Shown here piece after piece: positions 12,718-26,572 of a stretch of DNA of 64,000 nt (position 1 is its first letter; each line of letters starts with the position of its first letter). The DNA comes from Octopus sinensis (taxonomy: Eukaryota): positions 59,396,001 through 59,460,000 of the forward strand of contig NC_043008.1 of the NCBI RefSeq assembly GCF_006345805.1, written 5' to 3'. The notes under the pieces are model-generated. The model was given only the letters and a program-made list of their open reading frames with translations, was not told the origin of the DNA and ran no database searches. The position numbers and the translations under genes are program-made.

Positions 12718-12845
12718 CGCAGGAGTGGCTGTGTGGTACGTAGCTTGCTTACCAACCACATGGTTCCGGGTTCAGTCCCACTGCGTGGTACCTTGGGCAA
12801 GTGTCTTCTGCTATAGCCTCGGGCTGACCAAAGCCTTGTGAGTGG
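12718..12845 (+). mobile_element. SINE family D head running into the assembly gap
   Basis: cgcaggagtggctgtgtggtacgtagcttgc...ccttgtgagtgg. Confidence 0.85.
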
Positions 12846-12945
12846 NNNNNNNNNNNNNNNNNNNNNNNNNNNNNNNNNNNNNNNNNNNNNNNNNNNNNNN
12901 NNNNNNNNNNNNNNNNNNNNNNNNNNNNNNNNNNNNNNNNNNNNN
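12846..12945. other. Assembly gap (100 N)
   Basis: Run of N. Confidence 1.
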
Positions 12946-13685
12946 AAAGAGGAACTGCAGTGGTCTTGCTAGGACTCTCTTACATGCTTTTAGGAGGATT
13001 GCCGGGAATCCATCGGGGCCAGTAGCTGAGTCTGTTTTCATATTTCATCTATAGCCTTGGTTACATCGTCTTCCTTTATATCGATGTAATCTATCGCCGC
13101 CTCTGATTTTATATCTGCAGTGGTAACAAAGTCAGTTGGATTGGTGATTTGGAGATGCCCAAGGGGTGGAGTGAAACACTCTTGAATTGCTCATTCAGTA
13201 TTTCACTTACCCTCATTGGTTTTTCCTGTAAGTGTGCCATCCTTTTCGAGGAGTGGCCCTATTCTACAGTGCACTGTAGCTGTTTCTTTGGCATACCTGT
13301 AGAAAGCTCTGGGGTTAGATTTTATGTTTTCTATAGCCCAGGCTTCTTTGTCTGCTCTTTCTTTTTCACATGGGAGAGTTGCAGACATTTTTCGATTTCC
13401 AACAGTTTTATTTTTAGGCGGGGACTTTTCACTGCTTTCAATGCTTTCAATCTGTTTGTTTAGGCGATTTGAAATTTCGTACGCCGTCTCATTAAAATTT
13501 TCCTCCTCTCTGGGGATTTTGTTCTTGTGTACAGTGGCCTTTCTCTCTGGGACACATTTGTAGCATATGGCTTGCATTACAGACATGAATTGTTGAAGTT
13601 TCACGTCGATGTCTGGCGAGGAGAGACATTTAGGCCAGTTTTGTTTGAGGATCTCTTTCTCAATTTGTTTCCAAATATATATTAT
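12946..13685 (-). mobile_element. CR1/L2-type LINE ORF2 fragment (linker and RT N-terminus), frameshifted
   Basis: IENIKSNPRAFYRYAK...IGPLLEKDG...SEILNEQFKSVFT...KAIDEMKTDSATGPDGFPAILLKAC..LARPL..LF. Confidence 0.88.
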
Positions 13686-14074
13686 AATTGTCATACAACT
13701 GTCAAAGCCATGCTTCAATTTTTCCAAAACTTGAATAAAATAAATAGAATAATGATGAATTCACACGTACTTGCACATGATGAATAAAATGATAATAAGA
13801 TTATAATAATAACGATGATGATGGTGATGATGATGATGATGATGACAGCGGCGACGACGACGACAACAACAACAACAACAACAATAATAACAATAATAAT
13901 TACAAATAAATTGTGAAATGTTTTGGTGCTTGAGTTTTGGTCCACCCTGTATATATATATTCATCCGTATATTGAGAGAAGGGGGGGAGTTAGAGAGCGA
14001 TAGTGAGGGAGATAGATAGATAGAGAGAGAGAGAGGGGGGGATGAATAAAGAAAGAGGGGAGAGAGAGACAGAC

Positions 14075-14190
14075 AGACAAGCAGACAGGTAACTAGACAG
14101 ATTCATAGATATATAGATAGTTAGATATATACATAAATACATACATACATACATACATACATACATACATAGACAGACAGACAAAGAGGC

Positions 14191-14273
<83 letters not shown>

Positions 14274-14297
14274 TAGAAAGACAAACAGACAGACAGG

Positions 14298-14378
<81 letters not shown>
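14075..14378. repeat. Compound (GATA)n/(GACA)n/(TACA)n microsatellite
   Basis: Direct reading. Confidence 0.95.
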
Positions 14379-14765
14379 CAAAACGAATTCACTTTATATC
14401 ATATAATTTGTATTGTCTTTGCATGCCTTTCACAGTTTTCTAGCCCCCCACCCCACCCCCACCCGAGGGTTATCTCTCTTTGGTATCTCCTACTAAGGAA
14501 GATATATCTAGCCAGAAATCTATCTAAGAGGCCAAGAAAAGGCGCCACTGAACTGCTAATGGTTTGCTTTACGCTTTGAACAGCAGACAAAATTTTTTCC
14601 TGCACGGTAAGCTGCAGTGAGATTGCTTTTAGAAATTGAAATATGTCACAAACATATTTCAACTAACTTAAAGTTTGTGTATTTCTCATCATTGATTCGC
14701 ACTACTTCTTATGCATAAATTCTGATGTGATTATAATTAGTATATATGCCCAAAATATACATACA

Positions 14766-15197
14766 TAGGCGCAGGAGTGGTTGTGTGGTAAGTAGCTTGC
14801 TTACCAATCACATGGTTCCTGGTTGAGTCCCACTGCATGACATCTTGGGCAAGTGTCTTCTGCTATAGCCTCGGGCCGACCAATGCCTTGTGAGTGGATT
14901 TGGTAGACGGAAACTGAAAGAAGCCTGTCGTATATATATATTATATATATATGTATGTATGTATGTATTATGTATGTGTGTATATGTTTGTGTGTCTGTG
15001 TTTGTCCCCCTAGCATTGCTTGACAACCGATGCTGGTGTGTTTACGTCCCCGTACCTTAGCGGTTCGACAAAAGAGACCGATAGAATAATTACTGGGCTT
15101 ACAAAGAATAAGTCCCGGGTCGATTTGCTCGACTAAAGGCGGTGCTCTAGCATGGCCGCAGTCAAATGACTGAAACAAGTAAAAGAGTAAAAGAGTA
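14766..15197 (+). mobile_element. SINE family D, full length
   Basis: aggcgcaggagtggttgtgtggtaag ... aaacaagtaaaagagtaaaagagt. Confidence 0.92.
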
Positions 15198-15214
15198 TAC
15201 TGTGTAAAGCCAGA

Positions 15215-15385
15215 CAAAATGCTTAGCAGAATTTCTTCTGGTTTTACGTTCTGAGTTCAAATGCCGCCGAGGTCGACTTTACCTTTTATTCTTTCCGGGT
15301 CGATAAAGTCAGTACCAATTCAACTCTGGGGTCGTTGTAATCGATTAGCCGCTTCCTCCAAAATTCCAGACCTTGTTACTATAGC
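15215..15385 (+). mobile_element. SINE family E (older subtype)
   Basis: aaaatgcttagc...gttctgagttcaaatgccgccgaggtcgacttt...gggtcgataaagtcagtacc. Confidence 0.75.
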
Positions 15386-15754
15386 AAAACGTATAAAGAA
15401 TTATGGAGATATATACATGTACTTGTGGATCATGAATATGGCATCAAAGAGGTGGCACTTGTCGTTGCAGCAGTCGGGACGGCAACCCATAAAAAGGCAA
15501 CTACAGCGTTCAAAGCGCACAACGTCCTTCGTCTCTTAGGACATGCAGTGGTTGTAGAATAGTTATCTGTATTAGCAATTCCGCATCGGGCACAAGCATA
15601 GCTGCATTCTCCATTGCTGCTGCACTTAGAGGAGTACAATCATCAAAGACTGCACATGGTGCAGTGCAACAAGAAGGGTGCTGATGGTTACTGTAACATT
15701 CGATAGAGAAACGTGTGTGTGTGTGTGTTTGTGTGTGTGTACGTATATATATAG

Positions 15755-16051
15755 AAAAAACGTCGCCCTTTTTAAGCCTAGCCAGGCTCATGGGCCCGGT
15801 TTCCCGGTTTCTGTGACGTATGTGTTCCCCCCAGTCCATCGCAGCGTTACTCAAGAAACAGGAAGAGAGAGTGAGAGAAGGTTGTGGCGAAAGGGTAAAT
15901 CTGGGGTCGCCACCCGCCCCCTACCGGTGTCTCGTGGAGCTTTTAGGTGTTTTCGCTCAATAAACACACACAACGCTCGGTCTTGGTATCGGAACTGCGA
16001 TCCTCCGACTGCGAGTCCGCTGCCCTAACCACTGGGCCATTGCACCTCCAC
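15755..16051 (-). mobile_element. tRNA-derived SINE, family B variant (A-type head)
   Basis: Homologous to 55037-55361. Confidence 0.85.
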
Positions 16052-16111
16052 CACACACCAGACATATACATATATATATTATATATCTATATCTATATAT
16101 ATATATATAAT

Positions 16112-16143
<32 letters not shown>

Positions 16144-16164
16144 ATATTATATATATATTATATA

Positions 16165-16243
<79 letters not shown>

Positions 16244-16712
16244 GGTCCCGGGTTGAGTCGGGGTTAACCACAGTAAATTAATTTCTTTCATTTGATGATT
16301 TCATTTGAATGAAACAGTTATAGTCCTGTAGAAGCTCCTTCTATAAAATAAATATATATATATATATATATGCAGAACTAGGAACCATGTTCCAAGTGTA
16401 TCCATTACCACAATATTTAGTATTGAGCTATATTTGGTATGTCAAAATTATTTAACCCCTCTCCAGGTAACTATTGTTTTTCTGTTGAAATTTTCAATGT
16501 TATTAGTGGTTTAAATGAAGGTTTTAACTCTTCTTTCTAGCAAGTAAGCGTCCTGCGTGCCCTTCAGATGAATATAAATTTTTATTCCATAGTTATCTAA
16601 TGATATTTAAAGCCTATATTATTGTTGTAGTTATTATCAAATATTTATATTTACCGTAGATAATGATAACAATAATATCTATATAAATATTCACATCTGA
16701 ATATTTACTTCT

Positions 16713-17019
16713 TGGGCTTACGATTGTGAGGCTGTGAGTTTGATTCCCGGACCGGGCTGTGTGTTGTGTTCCTGAGCAATACGCTTCATTTCAAGTTGCT
16801 CCAGTTTACTCAGCTGTAGATATGAGTTGCGACATCACTGGTGTCAAGCTGTATCAGCCCCTTTGCCTTTCCCTTGGATAAGTTCAGTGGTGTAGAGAGG
16901 GGAGGTCAGTATGCATGGACGACTGCTGGCCTTCCATAAATAACCTTGTGCGGACTTGTACCTCGGAGGGTTACTTTCTAGGAGCAATCCCATGATCATT
17001 CATGACCGAAGGGGATCTC
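16713..17019 (+). mobile_element. SINE family C, 5'-degenerate
   Basis: Colinear with 50353-50687. Confidence 0.8.
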
Positions 17020-17025
17020 CACAAT

Positions 17026-17111
<86 letters not shown>

Positions 17112-17350
17112 CTGTGTGTGAGTGTGTGTAACTACACACGTGCAGTTGACAATTTCTTTTTTTTTCTTTGGACTCTTCCCTTTCTCCTTTCCAACAAAGA
17201 GCCATGCTCGAAACATCAAGCTCGCTTTTTTTCTCTTCGATAGAAAGGGTTGAAAGGAAAAAATGGAGAGAGAAGGAGAGAGAAAAAACGGAGAGAGTAA
17301 AAGAGATGTAGGGATTAACGATTCAGCAAGATATGTGATTGTATGCTTGT

Positions 17351-19235
17351 GTGTCGGGCGAAATGCGTAGCCGTATTTCGTCTGCCGTTACGTTCTGAGT
17401 TCAAATTCCGCCGACGTCGACTTTGCCTTTCATCCTTTCGGGGTCGATAAATTAAGTACCAGTTACGCACTGGGGTCGATGGAATCGACTTAATCGCTTT
17501 GTCTATCCTTGTTCGTCCCCTCTATGTTTAGCCCCTTGTGGGTAATAAAGAAACAGGTATTTCGTCTGCCGTTACGTTCTGAGTTCAAATTCCGCCGACG
17601 TCGACTTTGCCTTTCATCCTTTCGGGGTCGATAAATTAAGTACCAGTTACGCACTGGGGTCGATGGAATCGACTTAATCGCTTTGTCTATCCTTGTTCGT
17701 CCCCTCTGTGTTTAGCCCCTTGTGGGTAATAAAGAAACAGGTATTTCGTCTGCCGTTACGTTCTGAGTTCAAATTCCGACGACGTCGACTTTGCCTTTCA
17801 TCCTTTCGGGGTCGATAAATTAAGTAGCAGTTGCGCACTGGGGTCGATATAATCGACTTAATACTTTGTCCTTGTTTGTCCCCTCTATGTTTAGCCCCTT
17901 GTGGGTAATAAAGAAACAGGTATTTCGTCTGCCGTTACGTTCTGAGTTCAAATTCCGCCGACGTCGACTTTGCCTTTCATCCTTTCGGGGTCGATAAATT
18001 AAGTACCAGTTACGCACTGGGGTCGATGGAATCGATTTAATCGCTTTGTCTATCCTTTTCGTCCCCCTCTATGTTTAGCCCCTTGTGGGTAATAAAGAAA
18101 CAGGTATTTCGTCTGCCGTTACGTTCTGAGTTCAAATTCCGCCGACGTCGACTTTGCCTTTCATCCTTTCGGGGTCGATAAATTAAGTACCAGTTACGCA
18201 CTGGGGTCGATGGAATCGACTTAATCGCTTTGTCTATCCTTGTTCGTCCCCTCTGTGTTTAGCCCCTTGTGGGTAATAAAGAAACAGGTATTTCGCCTGC
18301 CGTTACGTTCTGAGTTCAAATTCCGCCGACGTCGACTTTGCCTTTCATCCTTTCGGGGTCGATAAATTAAGTACCAGTTACGCACTGGGGTCGATGGAAT
18401 CGACTTTATCGCTTTGTCTATCCTTGTTCGTCCCCTCTATGTTTAGAGCCCCTTGTGAGTAATAAAAAACAAGGTATTTCGTCTTGCCGTTACGTTCTGA
18501 GTTCAAATTCCGCCGACGTCGACTTTGCCTTTCATCCTTTCGGGGTCGATAAATTAAGTACCAGTTACGCACTGGGGTCGATGGAATCGACTTAATCGCT
18601 TTGTCTATCCTTGTTCGTCCCCTCTATGTTTAGCCCCTTGTGGGTAATAAAGAAACAGGTATTTCGTCTGCCGTTACGTTCTGAGTTCAAATTCCGCCGA
18701 CGTCGACTTTGCCTTTCATCCTTTCGGGGTCGATAAATTAAGTACCAGTTACGCACTGGGGTCGATGGAATCGACTTAATCGCTTTGTCTATCCTTGTTC
18801 GTCCCCTCTGTGTTAGCCCCTGTGGTAATAAAGAAACAGGTATTTCGTCTGCCGTCGACGTTCCTGAGTTTAAAATTCCGCCGACGCGAAATCGAACCCT
18901 ACCCCCTCTCCCCCCCCTTTGCCCTTTCATCCTTTCGGGTTCGATTAAATTAAGTACCGTTACGCACTGGGGTCGATGGATCGACTTAATCGCTTTGTCT
19001 ATCCTTGTTCGTCCCCTCTGTGTTTAGCCCCTTGTGGGTAATAAAGAAACAGGTATTTCGTCTGCCGTTACGTTCTGAGTTCAAATTCCGCCGACGTCGA
19101 CTTTGCCTTTCATCCTTTCGGGGTCGATAAATTAAGTACCAGTTACGCACTGGGGTCGATGGAATCGACTTAATCGCTTTGTCTATCCTTGTTCGTCCTC
19201 CCTCTGTGTTTAGCCCCTTGTGGGTAGTAAAGAAA
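17351..19235 (+). repeat. SINE-derived tandem array 1: 10 units of ~184 bp from family E
   Basis: tatttcg unit starts at 17374, 17558, 17742, 17921, 18105, 18289, 18475, 18660, 18841, 19054. Confidence 0.95.
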
Positions 19236-19249
19236 TATATATATACATT

Positions 19250-19290
<41 letters not shown>

Positions 19291-19875
19291 GATAGATAGA
19301 TAGATAGATAGATAGATGATGGATGGATGGATGGATAGGTAGGTAGGTAGGTAGGTAGGTAGGTAGGTAGGTAGGTAGGTAGGTGGATAGATAGATAGAT
19401 AGATAGATAGATAGAAGATAGATAGATATATAGATTCTACGGATATGCATATATATATGTACATGTATATATATATACATATATATATATACATATTTAT
19501 TATATATATATATATATAATATATAATATATAATATTATTATGTATATTTATATATACATGCATATATACATACATATGTATATAGTTGATTATATACGT
19601 TGTATGTGTGTGTGTTTGCATATGTTTATGTTTGTATGCATTTATGTTTCGTATTACTATCTGTATAATTTTATTTATTACATATGAACATATTTCTATG
19701 CATACGCGTGTATATAATAACAATATCAATTAAACACGTACATACATCATAATACAAACATCAATTCTGTAAATTATATATCACATATATATGTGCGTGT
19801 GTTTGATTGTGTACGTGTGTGTTTATATATATATTGTGTGTGTGTGTGTGGTGTGTGTGTGTATGTGTGTGTGTG

Positions 19876-19926
<51 letters not shown>

Positions 19927-20610
19927 GTATAGATATATAGGTTTGAATATAGTGCGCGTGTGTGTGCGCGCGCTGGCATGCGTTTGATGTAAAGAATGGT
20001 GTGTGTAGACATTTTTTTATAAAGTTTAAATGTATACGTACACATATAAATGTTTGCACAGCCAGAGACATTAACACACACAAACATCCATACACACACA
20101 CACATACAAATACAGATATATTCCTATTAATTATTATATTTTAATATAAAATTACACATATGTGTGTATGTATATATTTATATATAAACATACATGCTTC
20201 TCTAGACAAGTATATATATATTTATATATTTATATATATATATATATATATACTATATATATATATATATTTGTGTGTATGTGTGCGTGTCTATATATAT
20301 GTGTGTGTGTATGTATATATATATAATACATGTGTGTGTGTGTGTCTATGTATGCATAGTAAAATATGTTATATATTGTTTTATGTATTCCATCACTATT
20401 ACATAAATCAATTATCTTTCGTATTCACTCTATATCATATATATATAATATATATATATATATTATACACACACATTTATATATATACATATACATATAT
20501 ACATATATGTGCATGTATGTATATCTATATCTATCTATCTATCTATATATATATATTATATATATATACATATATATATATATGTATATGTGTATGAATA
20601 TATATTTATA

Positions 20611-20662
<52 letters not shown>

Positions 20663-21186
20663 TATATGTGTTGGTGAATATATATATATAAGAATACAGT
20701 GTACATTCAAACACATAAGCGATAACCAATGATGTATATATATATATATTATACATATATATATTATATATATATATATATATTATATATATATATGCAT
20801 GAAATAATAACTGTTATATGTAAACGTGTATGTGGAGAGAGAGAGAGAGAGAGTCCGTGGGGAGGGAAGAGTGAATGATGCCCAAAGAGAACTTTATTTA
20901 TTAATTTATATAATCATATACAAATTAGTATAAAAGTGCATCTAAAAGAATGATATATGCATATAACAGGAGCAGGAACAGATGCCTCGAAGCAATCTAC
21001 GTTTGCATACGTGTGTGCATGTGCGTCTTTTTTTCTATGTGCGTGCATTTGCTTATGTTTGTGTCTGTGTATATTTGTGTGTGTATGTGCACGGATATGT
21101 AGTTTTAGGTATTTTAATTATGCAGGTGTAATGTATTTTAATACGTTGCTTAAATAAGTATACGTATGTATTGATACCTGTCCATA

Positions 21187-21238
<52 letters not shown>

Positions 21239-21670
21239 ATCTATGTGTGTGTGTATATACATATATATATATATATATACGTATATATATATATGTGTGT
21301 AATATATTATACATATATATACATATATATGCATATATATACATATATATACATATATATATACATAACATATATATAGATTACATATATATATACGTGT
21401 ATATATATATAATATATATGTATATACATATATATATATGTAGTGTGTGTGTATACATGTGTGTATGCATGTACGCAAATATGTCTATAAATATATATAT
21501 ACGTATGTATAATTGCAAGTGTATATTTATATAAGTTTACATACATATACACATATTATTATATGTACGCGTGTGTTTGTAGTATCTATATATATATATA
21601 TATACATATATATACATATACAAATACATATACATATACACACACACACACAAACATATATATATATATA
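19236..21670. repeat. Compound microsatellite field (GATA, GGTA, TA, TG)
   Basis: Direct reading. Confidence 0.9.
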
Positions 21671-22269
21671 TACCTGGTGACAGTTTATAATATGGAATAG
21701 ATTGTAGAGAGATACATAGATTTATTAGCTGGCTGCTTTCATTTTCCATGTATTAGCCGTTTAGCCGTTGAACCGCTTCTGCAAATGTGTTTGCACAGAT
21801 TTTAATAAAATCATAAAACCTTGCGGCTTTTTTAAGCGGGAATTGCTAAGTAGTAATTAACAAGTGCTGTGTGGTATAGATGCATAAAGCAAGCGATGTG
21901 TTCATATGCACTATGTGCATGTGCGCTTTTCTCCATCTGTTGCAGTGAAACTATGTTTGCATTAATTTGTGCAGTTTTTTCTTTTTGTTTTTGTTTCAAC
22001 CACCACCACAACCACCACCACCTCCATTTTCTAATCAGTAAGGAAGAGCAATCAGGTAAACGTTTCAGGCCCTCAGAGTATGTTTGCAGAGGTGGTGTTC
22101 TCTTCAAACCGGATGTCCTACCCGAATGCTTGCCACGGATTAAATTCTGCCAAAAGCACCCAGGCTAGGAGATGCTGAGGTCAAGAATCAGACGACGGAC
22201 TTAGTATTTGCACCCAAGCAGGCGACAGAAGAAATTGTACACAGACGGCACAAAGCTGAAATAATCAAA

Positions 22270-22660
22270 TATTTCAAATTTTGACACAAGGCCAGCAACT
22301 TTTAGAGTGATAGAGATTAATCGATTAGTGCGACCCCAGAGATCAACTAGTGTTTATTTCATCGGCCCCAGAAGGATGAACGGCAAATTCGATCTCACCG
22401 GCATTTGAACCGCTAACAATTTTATGCGCCACGGTAATGATTCTTCAAGCTCGCCTACTTTTATTGTAATAATAACCTTTTATACTACAAGCACAAAGCC
22501 TGGATTTTTGTGGGGAAACAGTACTTGACTTATATTATTGACCCCGAAAGGATGAAAGGCAAAGTCGACCTCGGCGGAATTTAAACACAGAACGTAGCGA
22601 CGGGCGAAATACTTGGCGGTATTCCGTCCGCTAGCGATTCTACCAGCTCGCTGCCTTATT
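22270..22660 (-). mobile_element. Two older family E copies
   Basis: ccccgaaaggatgaaaggcaaagtcgacctcggcggaattt... motif present twice. Confidence 0.75.
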
Positions 22661-22680
22661 ATACAGTAATAATAATAATT

Positions 22681-23068
22681 GTGGAGGCGCAATGGCCCAG
22701 TGGTTAGGGCAGCGGACTCGCGATCGTAGGATCGCGGTTTCGATTCCCAGACCGGGCGTTGTGAGTGTTTATTGAGCGAAAACACGTAAAGCTCCACGAG
22801 GCTCCGGCAGGGGATGGTGGTGATCCCTGCTGTACTCTTTCACCACAACTTTCTTTCATTCTTACTTTCCCTGTTTCTGTTGTACCTGTATTTCAAAGGG
22901 CGCCTTGTCACTCTCTGTGTCACGCTGAATATCCCCGAGAACTACGTTAAGGGTACACGTGTCTGTGGAGTGCTCAGCCACTTACACGTTAATTTCACGA
23001 GCAGGCTGTTCCGTTGATCGGATCAACAGGAACCCTCGTCGTCGTAACCGACGGAGTGCTTCCATCCC
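22681..23068 (+). mobile_element. tRNA-derived SINE family A, full length
   Basis: TSD aataataatt at 22671-22680 and 23069-23078; near-identical to 4726-5110. Confidence 0.92.
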
Positions 23069-24107
23069 AATAATAATTACTTTTAATATAGGCACAAAAC
23101 TTGGGATTTGAAGGAAGAGAGATCATAAAATTATTCAACCCGAATCTCGTGCTATGAGTCTATACATACTGATCTATTTGACCACGATGGAATTTCAACT
23201 CAAAATGCAAACTGACGTAACTAAATATGAAAGACATTTCGTTTGATGTTCAAGCCATCCTGCCGCTGCACCGGCCTAGTAATAATAATGGTTTCTACTT
23301 TAGGAACAGGGCCAGCTGTTCACATGGATGGGATTAATCTTTACCATCAATTCCAGTTCTTGTCTGATACTTTATTTTATCGACGTCTTAAGGATGAATG
23401 GCAAAGTTTTCATACTACAGGCACAAGATGTAAAATTTTACGGGAGGGAGCTAGTCGGATACGTCGCCCCCCCCCCCCCCCCCGTGCTCATCTGGCACTT
23501 ATTTTATCGGCTGCTAGAGGAACAGCATAGTCAGCCCCAATAAAAATTTTCAACTCAGAACGTTAAGACGGAAGAAATGCTCTTAAGTGTCTTACCCAGT
23601 GTGCTAATGTTTCTTTTAGCTCACGGCCTTCGAAAGCTGTAACAAATATTCTTTTCTACTATAAGCATTGAAATTTTGAAGGAGAGCGCTAGTCGATCAC
23701 ATCGATTCTAGTGCTCAACTGGTACTTATTTTATCGGCCTGGAAGGAAGGATGGAAGGCAAAGTCGACCCCGGCAGTATTTGCGCTCAGAACGTAAAGGT
23801 GGAGAGCTAAAGATTCTGCCAGTTTGCTGCCTTCAAAGGCCGGAATAAATGATGCAGGACAAATAGTTCGACGTTTTTACACTTCCGCCAATTCTCTACA
23901 GCGAATTGTTTTTGTCGCCGCCGGCAGGATTTGAACTCAGAGTGTGGAGGGTCGAAACAAATAACATGAGGCACTGTGTCAGAGGTTCAAATATCTCTGC
24001 TTATTCTTTCACCCTATAGTCTTTTCAAGAGTGGTTGGGGTAAGCCGGAGTGAAGCTGAGGAAAGAGACGGAAAAAGAGTAGCTCAAACCTGAAGTTTCG
24101 TAAACAT

Positions 24108-24503
24108 ATACTCTTTTACTTGTTTCAGTCATTTGACTGCGGCCATGCTGGAGCACCGCCTTTAGTCGAGCAAATATACCCCGGGACTTATTCTTTGTAA
24201 GCCCAGTACTTATTCTATCGGTCTCTTTTGCCGAACCGCTAAGTGACGGGGACGTAAACACACCAGCATCGGTTGTCAAGCAATGGTACAGGGACAAACA
24301 CAGACACACAAATACGCACAAACATATACATATACATATATACGACAGGCTTCTTTCAGTTTCCGTCTACCAAATCCACTCACAAGGCATTGGTCGGCTC
24401 GGGGCTATAGCAGAAGACACTTGCCCAAGATGCCACGCAGTAGGACTGAACCCGGAACCATGTGGTTTGTTAGCAAGCTACTTACCACACAGCCACTCCT
24501 GCA
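24108..24503 (-). mobile_element. SINE family D, full length
   Basis: Reverse complement of the D consensus. Confidence 0.9.
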
Positions 24504-24733
24504 CCTTGTTTATATATAAGTTTTTTTAGAGAAAACCATGGATTTTTCTCTCGATTATTTACTACTTTGACACGAAGTTTCTTTTGTTTATTTTAGCCAA
24601 GGTACAGGAATAAGAATACCTCGGAGAGAAATGTATAGTCATAAGCGACAGCGATCCCACAATATTTAATGATTGCAGGGCGAGCATAAGTATGTAACCA
24701 AATACAATACACAAAAGTAATATGAAGTAAGAC

Positions 24734-24768
<35 letters not shown>

Positions 24769-24771
<3 letters not shown>

Positions 24772-24961
24772 GAGGGGCTGGTGAGGAGTTCTTGGAGGAT
24801 CATTTATGATTTTATCCCACAAATTCTCCTCTGAGATTCAAACACTTATTGCAGTGGTCTTTCAGTTTTTTTAGGCCTTTTCAAAGAACTTGGAAGGTTG
24901 GCCCTCCAACCGGGTCTGTCGCGACACCTTTAAAGACAGGAATTTTCAGCGCCCCCACGTA
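24769..24961. mobile_element. mariner-type MITE
   Basis: TA-cgaggggctg... and ...cagcgcccccacg-TA termini form an imperfect TIR resembling mariner ends; sits in (TA)n. Confidence 0.65.
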
Positions 24962-25127
24962 TGTGTGTGTATGTATGAGAATAGGTGTATGTATGTATAT
25001 GTGTATGTAGATATGTATGTAACGCCCACTAGTGCTTGATTATTATTCGTTTTATCAACCTCGACAGAATGAAAGGTAAAGTCGACCTCGGCGAGATTTG
25101 AACTCAGAACGTAAAGACGTACGATAC

Positions 25128-25192
<65 letters not shown>

Positions 25193-25286
25193 CATACATA
25201 CATACATCATACATACATACATACATACATACATACATACTTACATACATACATACGCATATATAGATATATATATATGTGTGTAT

Positions 25287-25318
<32 letters not shown>

Positions 25319-25509
25319 TATATATACTAGATAAAGTAGAAAGAAAGATAGGTAGATAGTAGATAGATAGATACATACCATACATGTATATGCGTGTGCG
25401 TGTGTGCGTGTGGATTAGGAGACATTTTTTTATAGATGTATGTATACATTTCTGCATACATATGACGTACAGTGTGATATGTAGAGATAGATGCATATGT
25501 ACATATATG

Positions 25510-25541
<32 letters not shown>

Positions 25542-26099
25542 ATATATACTATATATATTAATTATTATAATATATACGCATGTATAATTATATAAATATA
25601 TGTGTTCTGTGAGATACGAGTCACCAAATGATTAAATATGACAACGATTGTATCTTTGTATGGGTGTGTTTTTGTGGGATGTAAAATTGCAATATGATAT
25701 ATATTAGTATTTTCGTATATGCGTATGTATGTACATATGAACGTATACAGGTATCGCTATATGAATGCATATATGTAGGTACGCACATATCTTTGTGTGT
25801 GTGTTTGTGTATGTGCACATGTAGTTTTGTAGTTTTGTATGTATGTAGGCGGCCATGTTGCATTTACAAATTTCAATGAGAGAGTGCGTGCGTGCCCGTA
25901 AGTATGCATATGTGTGTATATGCATGTATATATGGTGTATGTGCATGTGAGAGAAAGAGAGAGAGATAGGGAGAGTAAGAAGGCGTGTGAAAGAGAATGT
26001 GTATGCGTGTCTGTGTTTTGTCAATGTGTCACACGTGCGTTTATGCCGCTTCTGTGTTTGTGCGTATATCTTTCTGTGTGGGATTTTATTTGCAATCAA

Positions 26100-26420
26100 G
26101 TCCGCCGACACCATCGGCCGGAAATCAATACCGGTTGCTGATTGGACGTACTTGTTCTCGTGACATCACGAAGCCCTGCCTTTGCTAACAATATAAGATG
26201 CTGAAAAATAATGAATATTATCATACATTCTTCTCAGCAAATCCTAACAGTGGTGGTACATTCTCAAAAACCAAAAGAAAAGAGAAGAAAAAATATAAAT
26301 ATATATTTAAATAATAATTTATTCATATATTTACATATTTATATATATATATACACACACCTTAAAACAACAACGTAATTTATAAGAGGTGCCAGACGAA
26401 CAGTATATAGTAAACGAAGA
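26100..26420 (+). promoter_or_regulatory. Candidate promoter of the signal-peptide gene
   Basis: CpG-rich patch with CCGGAA (26118), reverse CCAAT (ctgATTGGac, 26141), CRE-like gTGACATCAc (26161) and TATAAGAG near 26381, ~125 bp before the ATG. Confidence 0.5.
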
Positions 26421-26506
26421 AGAATTCTTTCTGAGAAGTCTGTTTGAAGGGCTGCAGAAGAAAAAAAATCACAATCACAAACATAAACACACACAGGAAC
26501 TCAAAA

Positions 26507-26572
26507 ATGTTCTGCAAACATTTGTCATTTGTTGCCATCACAATCTGTTTCTTGTTGGTATTGGCCAAAACA
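26507..26572 (+). CDS. First coding exon of a secreted protein or neuropeptide-like precursor (signal peptide MFCKHLSFVAITICFLLVLAKT)
   Basis: caaaaATG context, basic N-region plus hydrophobic core, phase-0 donor ACA|GTAAGT at 26573; downstream exons not identified. Confidence 0.62.

Noticed and set aside
12718-13685. SINE D-LINE fusion
   Set aside because: The two are separated by a 100-N scaffold gap, so adjacency and spacing are unknown.
13880-13951. Tc1-like TIR end (caccctgTA)
   Set aside because: Only one end found; too short to call an element.
14443-14614. Possible exon ending at cacg|GTAAGC
   Set aside because: The frames I checked from the upstream AG hit stops; a non-coding exon cannot be supported from sequence alone.
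17351-19235. CRISPR-like array
   Set aside because: Units are contiguous near-identical ~184-bp repeats with no unique spacers and no cas genes, and they match a dispersed eukaryotic SINE.
17820-19729. Recurrent ORF MRNWYLIYRPRKDERQSRRRRNLNSE (also at 9974, 33414-34890, 44712)
   Set aside because: It is the antisense reading of SINE E with a GTG start; no independent coding signal.
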